Assembly (NCBI RefSeq): GCF_006345805.1
Contig: NC_043003.1
Coordinates: 73,284,001-73,348,000, forward strand
Direction of reading: 5' to 3'
Length of the DNA stretch: 64,000 nt
Source of the DNA: Octopus sinensis
Taxonomy: Eukaryota
The notes under the pieces are model-generated. The model was given only the letters and a program-made list of their open reading frames with translations, had not been told where the DNA came from and made no database searches. This document shows, one piece after another, positions 38,879 to 51,490 of this stretch (positions within the stretch are counted from its first letter, which is position 1; each line of letters opens with the position of its first letter). Position numbers and translations under genes: made by a program.

Positions 38879-39538
38879 GCTGTGTGTCTGTGTGTCCGTG
38901 TGTCTGTGTGTGTGTCTGTGTGTCTATGTGTCTGTCTTTGTATCTGTGTGTCTGTTTGTGTGTCTGTCTGTCCGTCTGTCTGTTTGTGTATATGTGTGTA
39001 TGTGTCTGTCTGTCTGTCTGCATGTCTGTCATTCCGTCTGTGTATGCGTGTCTCTGTGCTTGTTTGTCTGTCTATGTATCTATGTATCTATTTAACTGTC
39101 TATCTGTATGTCTGTGTATGTGAGTCTATCTCTTTCTATATCTATCTATTTATCTGTCTGTTTGTCTGTGTATGCGTGTCTCTGTGTCATTTAGTCTGTC
39201 TGTGTGTCTGTCTCTCTTTCTATATATCTATTCATTTATCTAACCGCACACCAGTTATATTGCCTGTATATCCTTATTTTGCCCATTCCATCTTTCGTTC
39301 TTAATTATAGATTCATTTCACTACTGCCTCCGATTTCGCTTGATTCTTCCAAGAAGAATTGGACAATATGCTCCATGTATATTACACACAAGGAAGGTTC
39401 TTGTAAGCAGTAATGTATTCGTACACATGCATGCACACACACACACACACACATTCATATACACAATCACACGCGCGCGATCACACGCACTCAAACCACA
39501 CCAGATTCATAAACACACTGTCACTATCAGCGTCTGGC

Positions 39539-39601
<63 letters not shown>

Positions 39602-39615
<14 letters not shown>

Positions 39616-41444
39616 ATTAAGACCTTGTCGACATCAAAATTTGCTTCTGTCGCTTGTATGCTGTCATCTGCTCCTGTTCAATTCACACCATTTGCTCTTC
39701 TAACAACCGATATGAAATATCCAGATATAATCTTTTGACAGTAAAAATATATCAAAAACTCAAAATGCATAAGAAAATTTTGTAATAGATTAACTTCGTA
39801 CTTCGTCGCAGTTGTTTAAACCTGCAGCTTATGTGTGGCTGGGTTCAAATCCAAAATGCATTCATTGCAGATTAATTATACTGCATTGCCCCGAGTAGGA
39901 AGAAAAATGCAAATTGTTCATTATGAAAAATGAGTTAGGAAGTGATATTCTGGAAACAGCCATTTGTAGTTTGAAGTAAAAAGCGGTAAAGACCATGAAA
40001 GTTGAATTAAACTCTAAACGGTTTAAAATAAATTTTAAACCAGTGTTGAAGTTAACTTCGCCCGGCAAATGATGATAAGTATAACGAATTTCCAAAAGGT
40101 TTTATAAACTGGCAAAGGTTGTGGACTTTTACGTTGCCTCTTTTGAAAACAGTCACGATATTATACAATGAATGATGGGCCAGCACACGACAAGTCAACG
40201 AAATACTGAACAAATCCACTACTGTCTTGGAGATAAAACCTAGTCAATCTCCTTACAAATTTCGGCACACTGGCCATTGTAGTCACTATCAGCCAGCTTT
40301 GTGTGCATTCTAAAGTTCTTTATTACTGTATCACCCATCCATTTGCAGTATCTGTCAGATAATATTTAAGCATTGTTTTTCATCATATCAATGCAGGGAG
40401 AATAGAGGTATGAATAGTATATATCAAATGGCAATGTGAAGCATATATAAATGACTATAACACAAACATATATACAAACATGCACTCATATATATATATA
40501 TATATAATATATATATATATAATATATATATATATATTATATATGTGTGTGTGTGTGTGTGTGTGTATTAAGACCTTGTCGACATCAAACTTTGCTTCTG
40601 TCGCTTGTATGCTGTCATCTGCTCCTGTTCAATTCACACCATTTGCTCTTCTAACAACCGATATGAAATATCCAGATATAATCTTTTGACAGTAAAAATA
40701 TATCAAAAACTCAAAATGCATAAGAAAATTTTGTAATAGATTAACTTCGTACTTCGTCGCAGTTGTTTAAACCTGCAGCTTATGTGTGGCTGGGTTCAAA
40801 TCCAAAATGCATTCATTGCAGATTAATTATACTGCATTGCCCCGAGTATGAAGAAAAATGCAAATTGTTCATTATGAAAAATGAGTTAGGAAGTGATATT
40901 CTGGAAACAGCCATTTGTAGTTTGAAGTAAAAAGCGGTAAAGACCATGAAAGTTGAATTAAACTCTAAACGGTTTAAAATAAATTTTAAACCAGTGTTGA
41001 AGTTAACTTCGCCCGGCAAATGATGATAAGTATAACGAATTTCCAAAAGGTTTTATAAACTGGCAAAGGTTGTGGACTTTTACGTTGCCTCTTTTGAAAA
41101 CAGTCACGATATTATACAATGAATGATGGGCCAGCACACGACAAGTCAACGAAATACTGAACAAATCCACTACTGTCTTGGAGATAAAACCTAGTCAATC
41201 TCCTTACAAATTTCGGCACACTGGCCATTGTAGTCACTATCAGCCAGCTTTGTGTGCATTCTAAAGTTCTTTATTACTGTATCACCCATCCATTTGCAGT
41301 ATCTGTCAGATAATATTTAAGCATTGTTTTTCATCATATCAATGCAGATAGACCCGGGAGAATAGAGGTATGAATAGTATATATCAAATGGCAATGTGAA
41401 GCATATATAAATGACTATAACACAAACATATATACAAACATGCA

Positions 41445-41448
<4 letters not shown>
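39602..41448. repeat. Near-perfect tandem duplication, ~950-bp period
   Basis: 39606-40488 is repeated at 40545-41448; identical ORFs at 39862 and 40813 (offset 951); I see only two substitutions and a 9-bp indel. Confidence 0.95.
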
Positions 41449-41519
<71 letters not shown>

Positions 41520-41520
41520 C

Positions 41521-42225
41521 TATTAGGTCATCCCATAAATAATGCGTTTTTTTTTTAATTCCATGAATTAAAAATTACTACCTGAATTAACTTACTATAA
41601 AAGCAGGAAGTCATTTTACTTTGTTCTCTTCTTTGCTATCACGTCTCATGAATGAATCTTTTTTGGACCGAATAGAAACTGGTGACGAGAAATGGATTTT
41701 CTATAAAAATGTCAAGCACCGAAGACAGTGGGTAGAGAAAGGAGAAAACCCGGCACCTCAGGTGAAGGAAGGTCTCGCCCACGTAAGGTGTGTTGTTATC
41801 CGTTTGGTGGGATATGAAAGGTTTAGTCCACTTTGAACTTTTAAACCCAAAACAAATTATTAGTAAAGAGATCTACTGCGAGCAGCTTGAGCGGCTTAAG
41901 TCAGTGCTAGAAAAAACAATGAACATCTTTGTTTTCAAGATGAAAGATGTCTTCGATCAGGATAATGCTTGACCACATGCAGCGAGGATGACATTCGAAA
42001 GGTTGGAGCAGTTTGAATAGGAAACGATGCACACCATATTCGCCGTATATTGCCTCACCATTTATTCCGCAGTTCTCAGAATCATTTGGACAGAAAAATA
42101 GGAATTCTGTAGACGAGGTCAGAACAGTTCAAGAGGAATACGTTTTGGAAGAGAGGCCTTGCAAGTTTACCAGATAGATGGAAGAACATTGTAGAAAATG
42201 AAGGAGAGTATATTTTAGATTAAAA
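41521..42225 (+). mobile_element. Mariner transposon remnant, internally deleted
   Basis: TIR-like start tattaggtcatcccataa; frames give TGDEKWIFY, VLLSVWWDMKGLVHFELL and DQDNA*PH with frameshifts. Confidence 0.85.
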
Positions 42226-42244
42226 AATAACTTTTCAATTCTTT

Positions 42245-42470
42245 TAATCTTTTATTTGTTTCAGTCGTTTCACTGTGGTCATGTAGGAGCATCGCCTTTT
42301 AGTCGTAGAAATCAACCCCAGTAGTTATCATTTGTAAGCCTGGTACTTATTCTATCGGTCGCTTTGGCCGAACCGCTAAATTACGGGGATGTAAACACAG
42401 TAATTTCGGTTGTCAAGCGATGGAGGCGAGGAACAAACACAGACACAAAGATACACACATAAATACATAC
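42245..42470 (-). mobile_element. SINE family D, 3' half only
   Basis: tttcagtcgtttcactgtggtcatg...gccgaaccgctaaattacggggatgtaaacac, ending in the CA/TA tract. Confidence 0.85.
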
Positions 42471-42559
42471 ATACACCTTACTTGTACTATAATTTATGGA
42501 ACTGAAGTATTACAACAAACAAAAATGCAAATAGCTTTTCTTGGACAAATATAGTGTGA

Positions 42560-43340
42560 CGTTGACAATATCAATTCAAAATTATTAATCATTCTGCAAA
42601 TTTTAATTTGTTGTCCCATGGTAAAAACTTCCTATAGACAATATTTCGGGTTTTACCAGTAGGGGCAAAACTGAAAAGATCGTTTTTGCTCCCCACTCTG
42701 GATGTCCCAACATATAACATGCTGTGTGAGAAACAGCCCTTTTCTAATTGCAAACCAACAACTTTCAAAGTCTGACTTTAGTACTTATTATCGGACATCG
42801 CAAAAGACAAACGTATTGGAAATTGAAGTCAGGTAAGCGAAACTTGCTGAGCTCCTTCACTCCCACTGAAAAAAAGCGATCTTCAATTTCAATTAATGCA
42901 GATTTATATGTCATCACTGAATGCTATTTCCCCCCACAGAGAATCTTAATTGTCCTTGGTATTTGTAGTCTTCTAATAAATCGTTTTTATATTTTTGCCA
43001 CAACTCTACTGGATTACTTACTTCACAATTCATGAGAAGAATTGCCAAAAGATATCTCAAAGAAATAGATGTGCGTGACACTGAAGCTTCAGCTATTGTT
43101 CTATCCTACTTATTGCCACCTTCTATGAAATTTAAGGCTAAACTGCTAAGTACGAGCAGTTTGACCACCACTCGTTCTTAGAAAGGAGAAGGAATTCGGT
43201 CCTCTTAATTGATGAAGATGCAGCCTCAAAAAGAAACATTCATAGTGACTCAGTTGCACAGAGTAGACTCTTCCAATTGTCGAGTCAAACAATTTTATAC
43301 TTGGATGATCCTCAACGTCGAATCCTCCTTTCTTATTGCA
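42560..43340 (-). pseudogene. Helitron RepHel fragment
   Basis: Minus strand TIGRVYSVQLSHYECFFLRLHLHQLRGPNSFSFLRTSGG, then DRTIAEAS..LRYLLAILLMNCEVSNP and a Walker-A-like APTGKT (~42649-42666), matching the Helitron region between Rep and Pif1 helicase. Confidence 0.8.
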
Positions 43341-43649
43341 ATATAAAGTAATAGATGTTATCACTGTTATATATAAACACACACAGGCACAGTCACACAC
43401 ACAGGCACACTCAGACACACACACACAACACACACACACACACACAACCACACACACATGTAACTATGTGTATTGTTATATTACACGCACCGCATACCTG
43501 CAAAAGAGTACCCCACCGAATTTGTTTCATTATATGTTTGGGGAAAATAGGTAATCTCAAATGAAAAGTTGTACAAATATATTGAAGTGAGATAGGAAAA
43601 TGGCAGCTGACCTCATAAATTCTGATATGGAATACGTGAAACAAAGGAA

Positions 43650-43920
43650 AAATGTTGGGGTGAAATCTAAGCTACGGTTTCTATTTTAGCCAGAGAGAAG
43701 GAAACTACCATGGTCCTCTGGAGGACATTCGTCCTCAGCCGCCTGGACTACAACTCTCAACTATGGTCACCCGACAGTGGAAAATTAACAGAAGATCATC
43801 TCATTGCAACAGCTCAGCTACTGGGAAAGGCTGAAACAGCTAAGACTACTCTCTGGAGTGAAGCCGGGAGAGATATGCAGTAATATACATCTATAAGATC
43901 CCCAGAGACATTGAGCCAAA
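43650..43920 (+). pseudogene. CR1/L2-group LINE RT C-terminal fragment
   Basis: REKETTMVLWRTFVLSRLDYNSQLWSP and LSYWERLKQLR..SLE..RERYAVIYIYKI. Confidence 0.8.
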
Positions 43921-45094
43921 TTTTGGCAGTGAAAGCTACACAAATGCCTGAACGGTTCGCCACTGAGCAGTGCCAAAGATGTCAACAATGCCGTCACGTT
44001 TCAGGACCAGTTACTGCATTTATCTCGGTTTCAAGGGCCCACAGCTTTTTAATATTCTTCCAAAGAGTCTGAGAGACCTATACAAAGTGGATGTAGGTGT
44101 TTTCAAAACAAAACTGGATATCTTCCTGTAGAGAGCCCTAGAGGAACCTATCTCGCGGCAGGAGGCGCAAATGGACTCCCTTATTCACAAAACGCCACAT
44201 ATCAGAGGCTCTCAATAACAACAGTGTAGCAAATGGCGGTGTGTGTCCATCTCTTGAAAATTGGTGTTGGTGTCTTTGCGTCTCCATAACTTTGCGGTTC
44301 GGCGAAAGAAATCCACTAAAATAAGTACCACCATCAACACCACCACCACCACCACCACCACCACAACAACAACAACAAAAACAGCAACAATAATTAAGAA
44401 TAAAAACATTGAGTATGTGCCTCTTGCACTTCATATTGGTATCAATCATTATTGAATTGCTAAATAATACATTTTGTGTAGAAAATATCTTTAAATTTAA
44501 TATTATTTATTGTTAATTACATTTCCATTTGTTTTGATCGAGCAACTTTCTGCCATTTCCACTCTTTCTACACTTTATTCATATCACTGTTGACGTAGTC
44601 AACATTTTCCTTCCGTTCTTCCTTTCACCTCTTCTTCCTCTTTCCTCCTCATTATCTTCTTCTTCTTCCTCCCCCTCCTCCTCCTCCACTTTTTCGTCTC
44701 CTCCCTTTCTTCACAATACCTATTCCAATCGCGATAGACATCCACAGACACATATATGCATATATACCTACGTAAGTATGTACATGAGAAATATTAGACG
44801 ACGGATAGATAGATAAATACATACATACATACATGCATACATACATACATATATGCACACATCATACATACACACATACACACTTACATAAAACATACAT
44901 ACATAGATACATACATAAAAATAGATATATACCTATATGTTAATTAGTAATATGTTACTTTCATAATAATAAATTATACGTCAATTTCCCTGATCGTAGC
45001 ATGAAATATAAATTATTAATAATGTGTATATTTAATTTGTTTATGAAATGCCAGGAATCTACTCCACTTACGTTTTTGTTTGCAAGATTCCTGT

Positions 45095-45168
45095 GCTGAA
45101 ATGTGTTTTCTTTTTGCATCTCCGGAGGATGACGCTCCGGAGATGTAAAAAAATAAATATGTTTCAGC
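45095..45168 (+). other. 74-nt hairpin with 33-bp stem
   Basis: Core catctccggag/ctccggagatg is perfect; extended stem has four G-U pairs, one mismatch, one bulge; 7-nt loop. Confidence 0.7.
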
Positions 45169-45439
45169 GATAAACGCAAGCATTCGTGTGGAAAGAAGGA
45201 GAAAACGAAAAAATAGAAGTGGACGTGGAATAGGAGGAGAAGAAGACAGTGGTGAAAGCAACTTGGTGGAATATACAGTGTGTTCATGCTAAATTTTATT
45301 ATATATTTTGTCTCCTTTTTACAGGAAGAGGTTGATGTATTGGTGAACATTTAACGGCGTGGAAGGCAAGAACGCAAAAGCTGTAGTTGAAAGGAAGTTA
45401 GCTGACATGCAGGATTTTAAGTCATTTGAAAAGAGTTAC

Positions 45440-45979
45440 CTGAATCATGATGATTCGTGCCCTATCAGAACGTCATTATCATGACTGCCGCTCAATACTC
45501 TGTGAACACTAAAAATGATGTAAGACTTGACATAGAGAGCTGTAACGTTGTCTCTGAAACTGTGGCCCGCAAGAAGGGACTTACTAGCCATTCTGCCTGC
45601 ATCTCCACGCTGGTGTTTGTGAAACTCCTGGAGACTATGGTTACTTTCTGGCTTGAAAGAACTGCTTCTGGAAGGCCATATGTGTGGCAGCATGATTCGG
45701 GAAAGAGTCACTAGTGGTGGTTGGAGAATTACTGTCACTTAACAAGCCTTAATATGAGGCCTTCTAATTCTTCCCGATTGTAATTCCATCGATTTCTTTG
45801 CGTAGAACTCGGTAGAGAAAGACACCAACCGCTCTGACTGCAATACCAATTTGGCACTGGTAGTCGAGATCAAGGGAGTGTTTGAAGATCTATCCGGACA
45901 CACAGTGAGAAATTCATACGTAAGGTTCAAAAGCCGTCTTGAGGACTTAGTGGAAGGTGAGGGCGGCTACATTGAGTAA
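45440..45979 (+). pseudogene. DD37D (maT/Bmmar1-like) transposase remnant
   Basis: WLERTASGRPYVWQHDS, a decayed PNSPDCN segment and EKDTNRSDCNT...VFEDL...RFKSRLEDLVEGEGGYIE*. Confidence 0.75.
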
Positions 45980-47361
45980 ACTATTATCTCCCAGCCATAA
46001 TATCTTTATATAAAACTGGTTGTTTCTTTGTATTATTGCTTGTTTGTCCTTTTGTCTCGTATGTTCTCGAAAATCAGTTGACCAGTTATGCTCAAACTTT
46101 CCATCGAACATGGGGTGGGGTGTGAAATTTTGGCCCCTCAAATAGAATTGAAAAATGCTAAGGACAAACATGAATTTTTTCATAGGCTCAATGGTAATGT
46201 GAAAAAGGAACTTGGGCCCTGCTCATGGAATAATGGAGGGGGGCAAATATTTGTTCCCATAAATAAAATCGACAAAAACTTTAATACTTCTGTAAGTTTA
46301 ATGATTTTGTGAAAAATAGTTTAATGTCAAGTTCCTTAGACTTGGAGACATGGGGAAAATGTTGTCCAGTGATTTAAATTTGGAAAAAATGATAAATTCA
46401 GCTTTCCTTATTATGCTGAAAATGAATAAAATAGTGATTTCCAAATGTATTCATTTCAAGTATTTCGTTAATACCTACTGTTTTACCAGTACAATTTGAA
46501 ACAATACAATTCCGAATTTCAGTAAGTTTCCTTATGTCCACCAAGAAATACCATGGACAGTACTATCCCTAAGTAGCTTGCATCTTTCCTAGTCTGTTGT
46601 ATGTTGGATGCTCATGTGTTCACAATTTTTTTCATTTATACTCTGTTGATCTCACAAAACTTATGCTATCAATATAGAATCATCGATAACAATAAGTATG
46701 AAGAAAGTTTAGAATAAAATTCATTTTTTTAAAAACCCAAGCAAAACCGGGTACTTCTGTTAGTCTAGCTGACATTTTTTTTATTTCATAAAATGCTTTT
46801 AATTTTGGATGGGATATTGCGCTTTCTTTTCCTTTTATTCAAACTGTCAAATTTAGCCCAAACACATTGTATGCACGAACAAATATACATAATATATATT
46901 GAATATATATTGAATATATTGTTGCGTCTCGGGGAATACAAACTAAGAGACAGAGAGGCAGACCTAACGCAGAAGTAGAACAGAGAGGGCATGTTATGGC
47001 TGTGATCTCGAAAGGTGACAAAACAGCTTTGACAAATCCAGCTTGTTAATTGATTAACTGAAAGATTAAACAAGTAAGCAAGTAATCAATTATTTAATTC
47101 TTTTAAATAGGTAATCAATTGAAAAACAAAGGAGCATAATAAACTTGTGCGTGTCTTTAGTATTAGAATAATGACCCTCTTTTGAGTAGATAATACGTTT
47201 AGATTATTTATGGAGGACTATATATATATATATAAGTAAATAGTTACCATGAATTTTCCATGTTAACGGTAAACAAAGGATAATTCATTCATATCCATTT
47301 ATATATATATATATATATATATATGACTTCAAAATTTGATACTGATTAGAAGATCGAAAAT

Positions 47362-47405
47362 CCACCTGAAGATTGTCGGTAGCAGACATGAAACATTTGT
47401 AGTGG
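47362..47405 (+). ncRNA. Minimal type I hammerhead motif (Penelope-type)
   Basis: CCAC-CUGAAGA-uUGUC(gguagca)GACAu-GAAA-CAuuUG-UA-GUGG. Confidence 0.6.
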
Positions 47406-47576
47406 CGGTTTATTTAATTTATATTAAAATTTTATGTATTGATTAAGTCTTTCCTTGTTTGGTTTTAAAATAGTGGTTTTGTCTCGAATTATATTATATA
47501 ATATTTTACGATAAAATTGGATTTAACCCTAAATCTGATTTTTCCCTGTAATTTTGGATTCATTCCCTAATATTTA

Positions 47577-47960
47577 TCTCTCTCTATATAAACGGCAGTT
47601 TGTCTGTGTGTGTTTCTGTGTGTCTGTTTGGTTGTACTCTCACCCTGACCACGGCTTTCAACGATTCTGATGAAACTTGACACACACATAGCCCAATGTC
47701 ATATTCAAAACTAACGCAGCGAAAATTTGAAAAGTTCCCCCAGTTCTGAAAAAAATCGATAAATTCGACATGGGGTCGAGAATTAGAAACACAAACCACA
47801 GACTGTCTAGGGGACGCAACTCGACCTTTTTTAACTCTCAAAAAAAAAATTTACCATCATTTTTTTCCCATTTTTTTGCTATTTTTTGGCTATAACTCTC
47901 TAAAAATGCTTTATAGTTATTTCCCTTACAAACCTGAGCAACGCCGGGCGATACTGCTAG
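47577..47960 (+). mobile_element. Non-autonomous Helitron
   Basis: Starts TC after A, ends CTAG before T, with a subterminal GC hairpin-like cctgagcaacgccggg; no TSD. Confidence 0.8.
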
Positions 47961-47961
<1 letters not shown>

Positions 47962-48050
<89 letters not shown>

Positions 48051-48061
48051 ATATATATTTG

Positions 48062-48092
<31 letters not shown>

Positions 48093-48134
48093 TTATATAT
48101 ATATATATATATATAATATATATATATATATATA
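47962..48134. repeat. Long (TA)n microsatellite
   Basis: Direct reading. Confidence 0.95.
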
Positions 48135-48249
48135 CCCCCCCCAAAAAAAAACATTGCAATAATGTACGTAGAATACAACGTCTACATGTGTTATCTTCTC
48201 ATACTGTAACGGAATTCATATCCCTTACTTTCCGAAGCAATATACTCTT

Positions 48250-48790
48250 CTAGGAAAACTTCCTCCCACTCACAAGTTCCATTTTGACAGTTACTCCCTG
48301 CAGCTGGTATTTCAGGTAAACACTTATAAATCATTTCTACGCAGTTTCGTGTTAGGTATTATTTAGCGTTTGTAATTCCTTAAAATCTCAATCTTATCAG
48401 TTTCCTGCAGCAGCTGCAAATGTCTTTGTTTCAGTTAATCTGTCATCAAGAGTGTGCCATTATTTATCCAAAAAGGAAAAAAGTGGCAGAAATTCACAAC
48501 TACGGTATTTCGGTTTCTGTTTCAATAATTTAGGAAAAGTCTTCTACCATAGCCTCACGCCAATGAATGTCTTACAAGCGGAAAGTATTTAGAAGCTCAT
48601 CAACGGGGTTATTTTGGTATTCAGAGAAAACATTTCGTCGGTCACTTGGTTTACACCTATACTGGCTCAACGTGTGGTTTTCGTAGCGCACACAGTGTTG
48701 CAAGTTTTTGGGCCAGGTTTCCGGTCAAAAAAGAACTTTCACCTTCCTTCCACTACTTTTGGAGTTCATTTAAAAAGACATGGCTGCTGC
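48250..48790 (-). pseudogene. Probable decayed Gypsy/Ginger-type integrase
   Basis: Across frameshifts: SKSSGRKV, WPKNLQH.VCA..TT..ASIGV...MF, PVDELL; resembles the post-catalytic W..L..V.FAY.T..H.S.G.SP...FG...PVD segment. Confidence 0.35.
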
Positions 48791-49539
48791 CCTTCCAGCT
48801 CAGACTATGCTGTAAATAATGAAGATATATTTTGTCAATTCATAACATATTCAAATTTTCTTTACGAAATCGATTTTTATGATGTTTCATTTTTGGTGCT
48901 CGTTAATTACTTCATTGTATCGATGAATTGTTTTCGTTATAGTTCTATTGTGTTGTAGGTATTTTTCCATCTATAGTGCAGCAAAAAATACTTCAATTAC
49001 TTGTTTAAATATAGTTTATATATTTGTTCTAAATTCGTTTTTAATAGAACTCATTCAATTTTCAATGAACATTGAAGTTTTTAAATAGTCTATAAATATT
49101 CTGATCCGTTGTCATTTTTCTTGACATAGGTTGTTTTAAATAATCTCTGATTACTAAGATGTCTTTAACAATATTTCTGCATATTGTTAATTTCTTTGTT
49201 TTGTCTTTCCACTTATCTGCTGGTTTTAGATTTCTGTTAATATTAACAAATCCCTTTTCTTTTCCTGGAGCTATTTCTATATCGTTATTTTCCATCTATT
49301 CCTCAGTATTCCTTATTTACTACTTCTTACATTTTTCTTTATATATTGTAATATTTATTGCTAAATATATGTGATTTTCATAGCATATATTAAATTATTG
49401 TTTCATTTGTAGAGGATTTTACATAATATATAAGTTCATATATTCATATTTTTATTGCCCATGATTTCGTTTATGTATACTAGTCTCAGTATGTGTGTCT
49501 GTATGTATGTGTGTGTGCGCGGTCTCATGTGTGTATGCA

Positions 49540-49623
<84 letters not shown>

Positions 49624-49659
49624 ATATATATGTATAAATATATATAATGAAGAAATAAA

Positions 49660-50750
49660 TGATATAGATATCCACTTTATACAACTCAACCAATTAGCGA
49701 TCTGATAGAACTTCAGGAATATAAAATTAAGGAGTGGAGGCCTATATAAAGATGATGCCTTATTCGCCATATCTGAACTCCCCGCACAAGCAACTCATAG
49801 ATTAAGAAAAAATTAATAAAATTTTTAAAATTATAGAAATTAGATGTCACATTTAAAAGATGTTTCTAAGTGTGTTAACATATTGGATGCAACATTAAAT
49901 TTGGATAATGGCTTACTCTACCCCTATCATAAACCTAACAGAACTATTAAGCATATCCACGCCTTATCAAACCATCCCCAAAGTGTCATAAAACACGATA
50001 TTTAAAAACAAATTAGGCAATCAGTTTCTAAATATTACGAATTCTAATATTGACTCACATCCTATAAATGACCCCACCGAATACAAAAAAGAACAACACT
50101 TTAGAAGACACTATATATTTTTCAACGCTACGGAGCAGAATAGGAACTATTCCGGGAGGAAACGGGAAATCGTAAGGTTTATACCCACTTTCTCCCTAAA
50201 GATAAGACACCTCCGTAAGATATTTTTTAGCATTATCGATAGGAAGTTCCCCACCTGGTCATAAATACCAGTCTATATTTAATAGATTGTGTCTGAAATT
50301 ATCCCATTCTTCCACACCCAATCTTGGATCTATCATCGCAGCAAATAACAGACTTAAACTTAGAAATAACGAAACCATTGGAGATAACCTAGCTAATTCT
50401 AACACGAAGAACGATAATAAGGACTTGGATATAAAAAATAGAAAGAATAAACCCGGAAACAAAATAAAAACATGCAATTGTCGTAATAGGGAATTTTGTC
50501 CCCTTAAAGACTTCTGTTTAGGGAGAAATACCGTATATAAAGTCGAAGTCTCAACCCTTAATGAACCTAAAAAGATTTACGTAGGTAGTACTGTTGATTT
50601 TAAAAGTAGATATAGGGCGCATATAAACTCGTTCACTAACCACGAAACAAAAAAACTCCTTATCTGAGTGTCTCCAACTGTAACCTGACGCCTTGTGTGA
50701 GTGAATTCAGTACATGGAAATTTCTTGGCAGCCTGTTCGATGAGTCTGTC
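49660..50750 (+). pseudogene. Penelope-like retroelement remnant (RT C-terminus + GIY-YIG)
   Basis: GGLYKDDAL (YKDD at 49745-49756), VNILDATLNLDNG.LYPYHKPN..I.HIHALSNHP, and ORF 50287-50667 CNCRNREFCPL..FCL...VYKVEV....KIYVGST.DFKSRY..H.NSF. Confidence 0.9.
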
Positions 50751-50789
50751 TGTCTGTTTGTCTATATGTACGTTGGTATGTATGCATTC

Positions 50790-50820
<31 letters not shown>

Positions 50821-50879
50821 TACACACACACATACCTGAATATACATACATAAATTCGCCATTCTGGATCGCTGAACTC

Positions 50880-51045
50880 TACAAATATTTTTCATTCTCA
50901 CTCTGTTTATTTTCTCTTATTCCTTTCTGTTAAAGAACACATATTCGAAATGTAAAAGACTTATTCAATTTTCCCGAGCGTCAAACTATTACACTTATTC
51001 CTTGGTCATACACCTGTCTTCGTCTGTTGTTTTTCTACAATTTCA
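50880..51045 (+). mobile_element. Penelope-type terminal repeat with decayed hammerhead
   Basis: uuu-CUGUUAA-a-gaa(cacaua)uuc-GAAA-ug-UA-aaa at 50924-50957, sense to and just downstream of the GIY-YIG; homologous to 19765-19870 and 34760-34833. Confidence 0.6.
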
Positions 51046-51048
51046 ATT

Positions 51049-51114
<66 letters not shown>

Positions 51115-51243
51115 AGTGTGTGTGTGTGTGCGTGTGTGTGTGCATGTGTGTGTGTATGTGCGTGTGTATGTATATATGCATGTATATACATATATATATA
51201 CATACATATATAAAAGCATATATACATACATAAATACAGTCAC

Positions 51244-51490
51244 CACTTGTTCTCAACCAGGATCCATATGGCTTGTAAGAGACCATATCAGCTTTTGTTA
51301 AAATTAATCTGCTATAAATTGTATATACTTCTAGAATACAAAAACATTTTACCTTTTTTAATACAATTTCTAATAATAATTAATTATAAAAATATATTAG
51401 GTTTTTTTAAAGATCGATTGGTTAACAGGGTCCATCCGAATAAAACTGAAATCAAAGGGGTCCATGGGTAAAATTGGTTGAGAAGCACTG
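51244..51490. mobile_element. hAT (Charlie-like) MITE
   Basis: Ends cacttgttctcaacc and ggttgagaagcactg (12/15 inverted match), subterminal ggggtccat; no clean 8-bp TSD. Confidence 0.55.

Noticed and set aside
47876-48253. YI/CV/HT/LS-repeat ORFs here and throughout the track
   Set aside because: Translations of (TA)n, (TG)n, (CA)n and (TCTA)n microsatellites.
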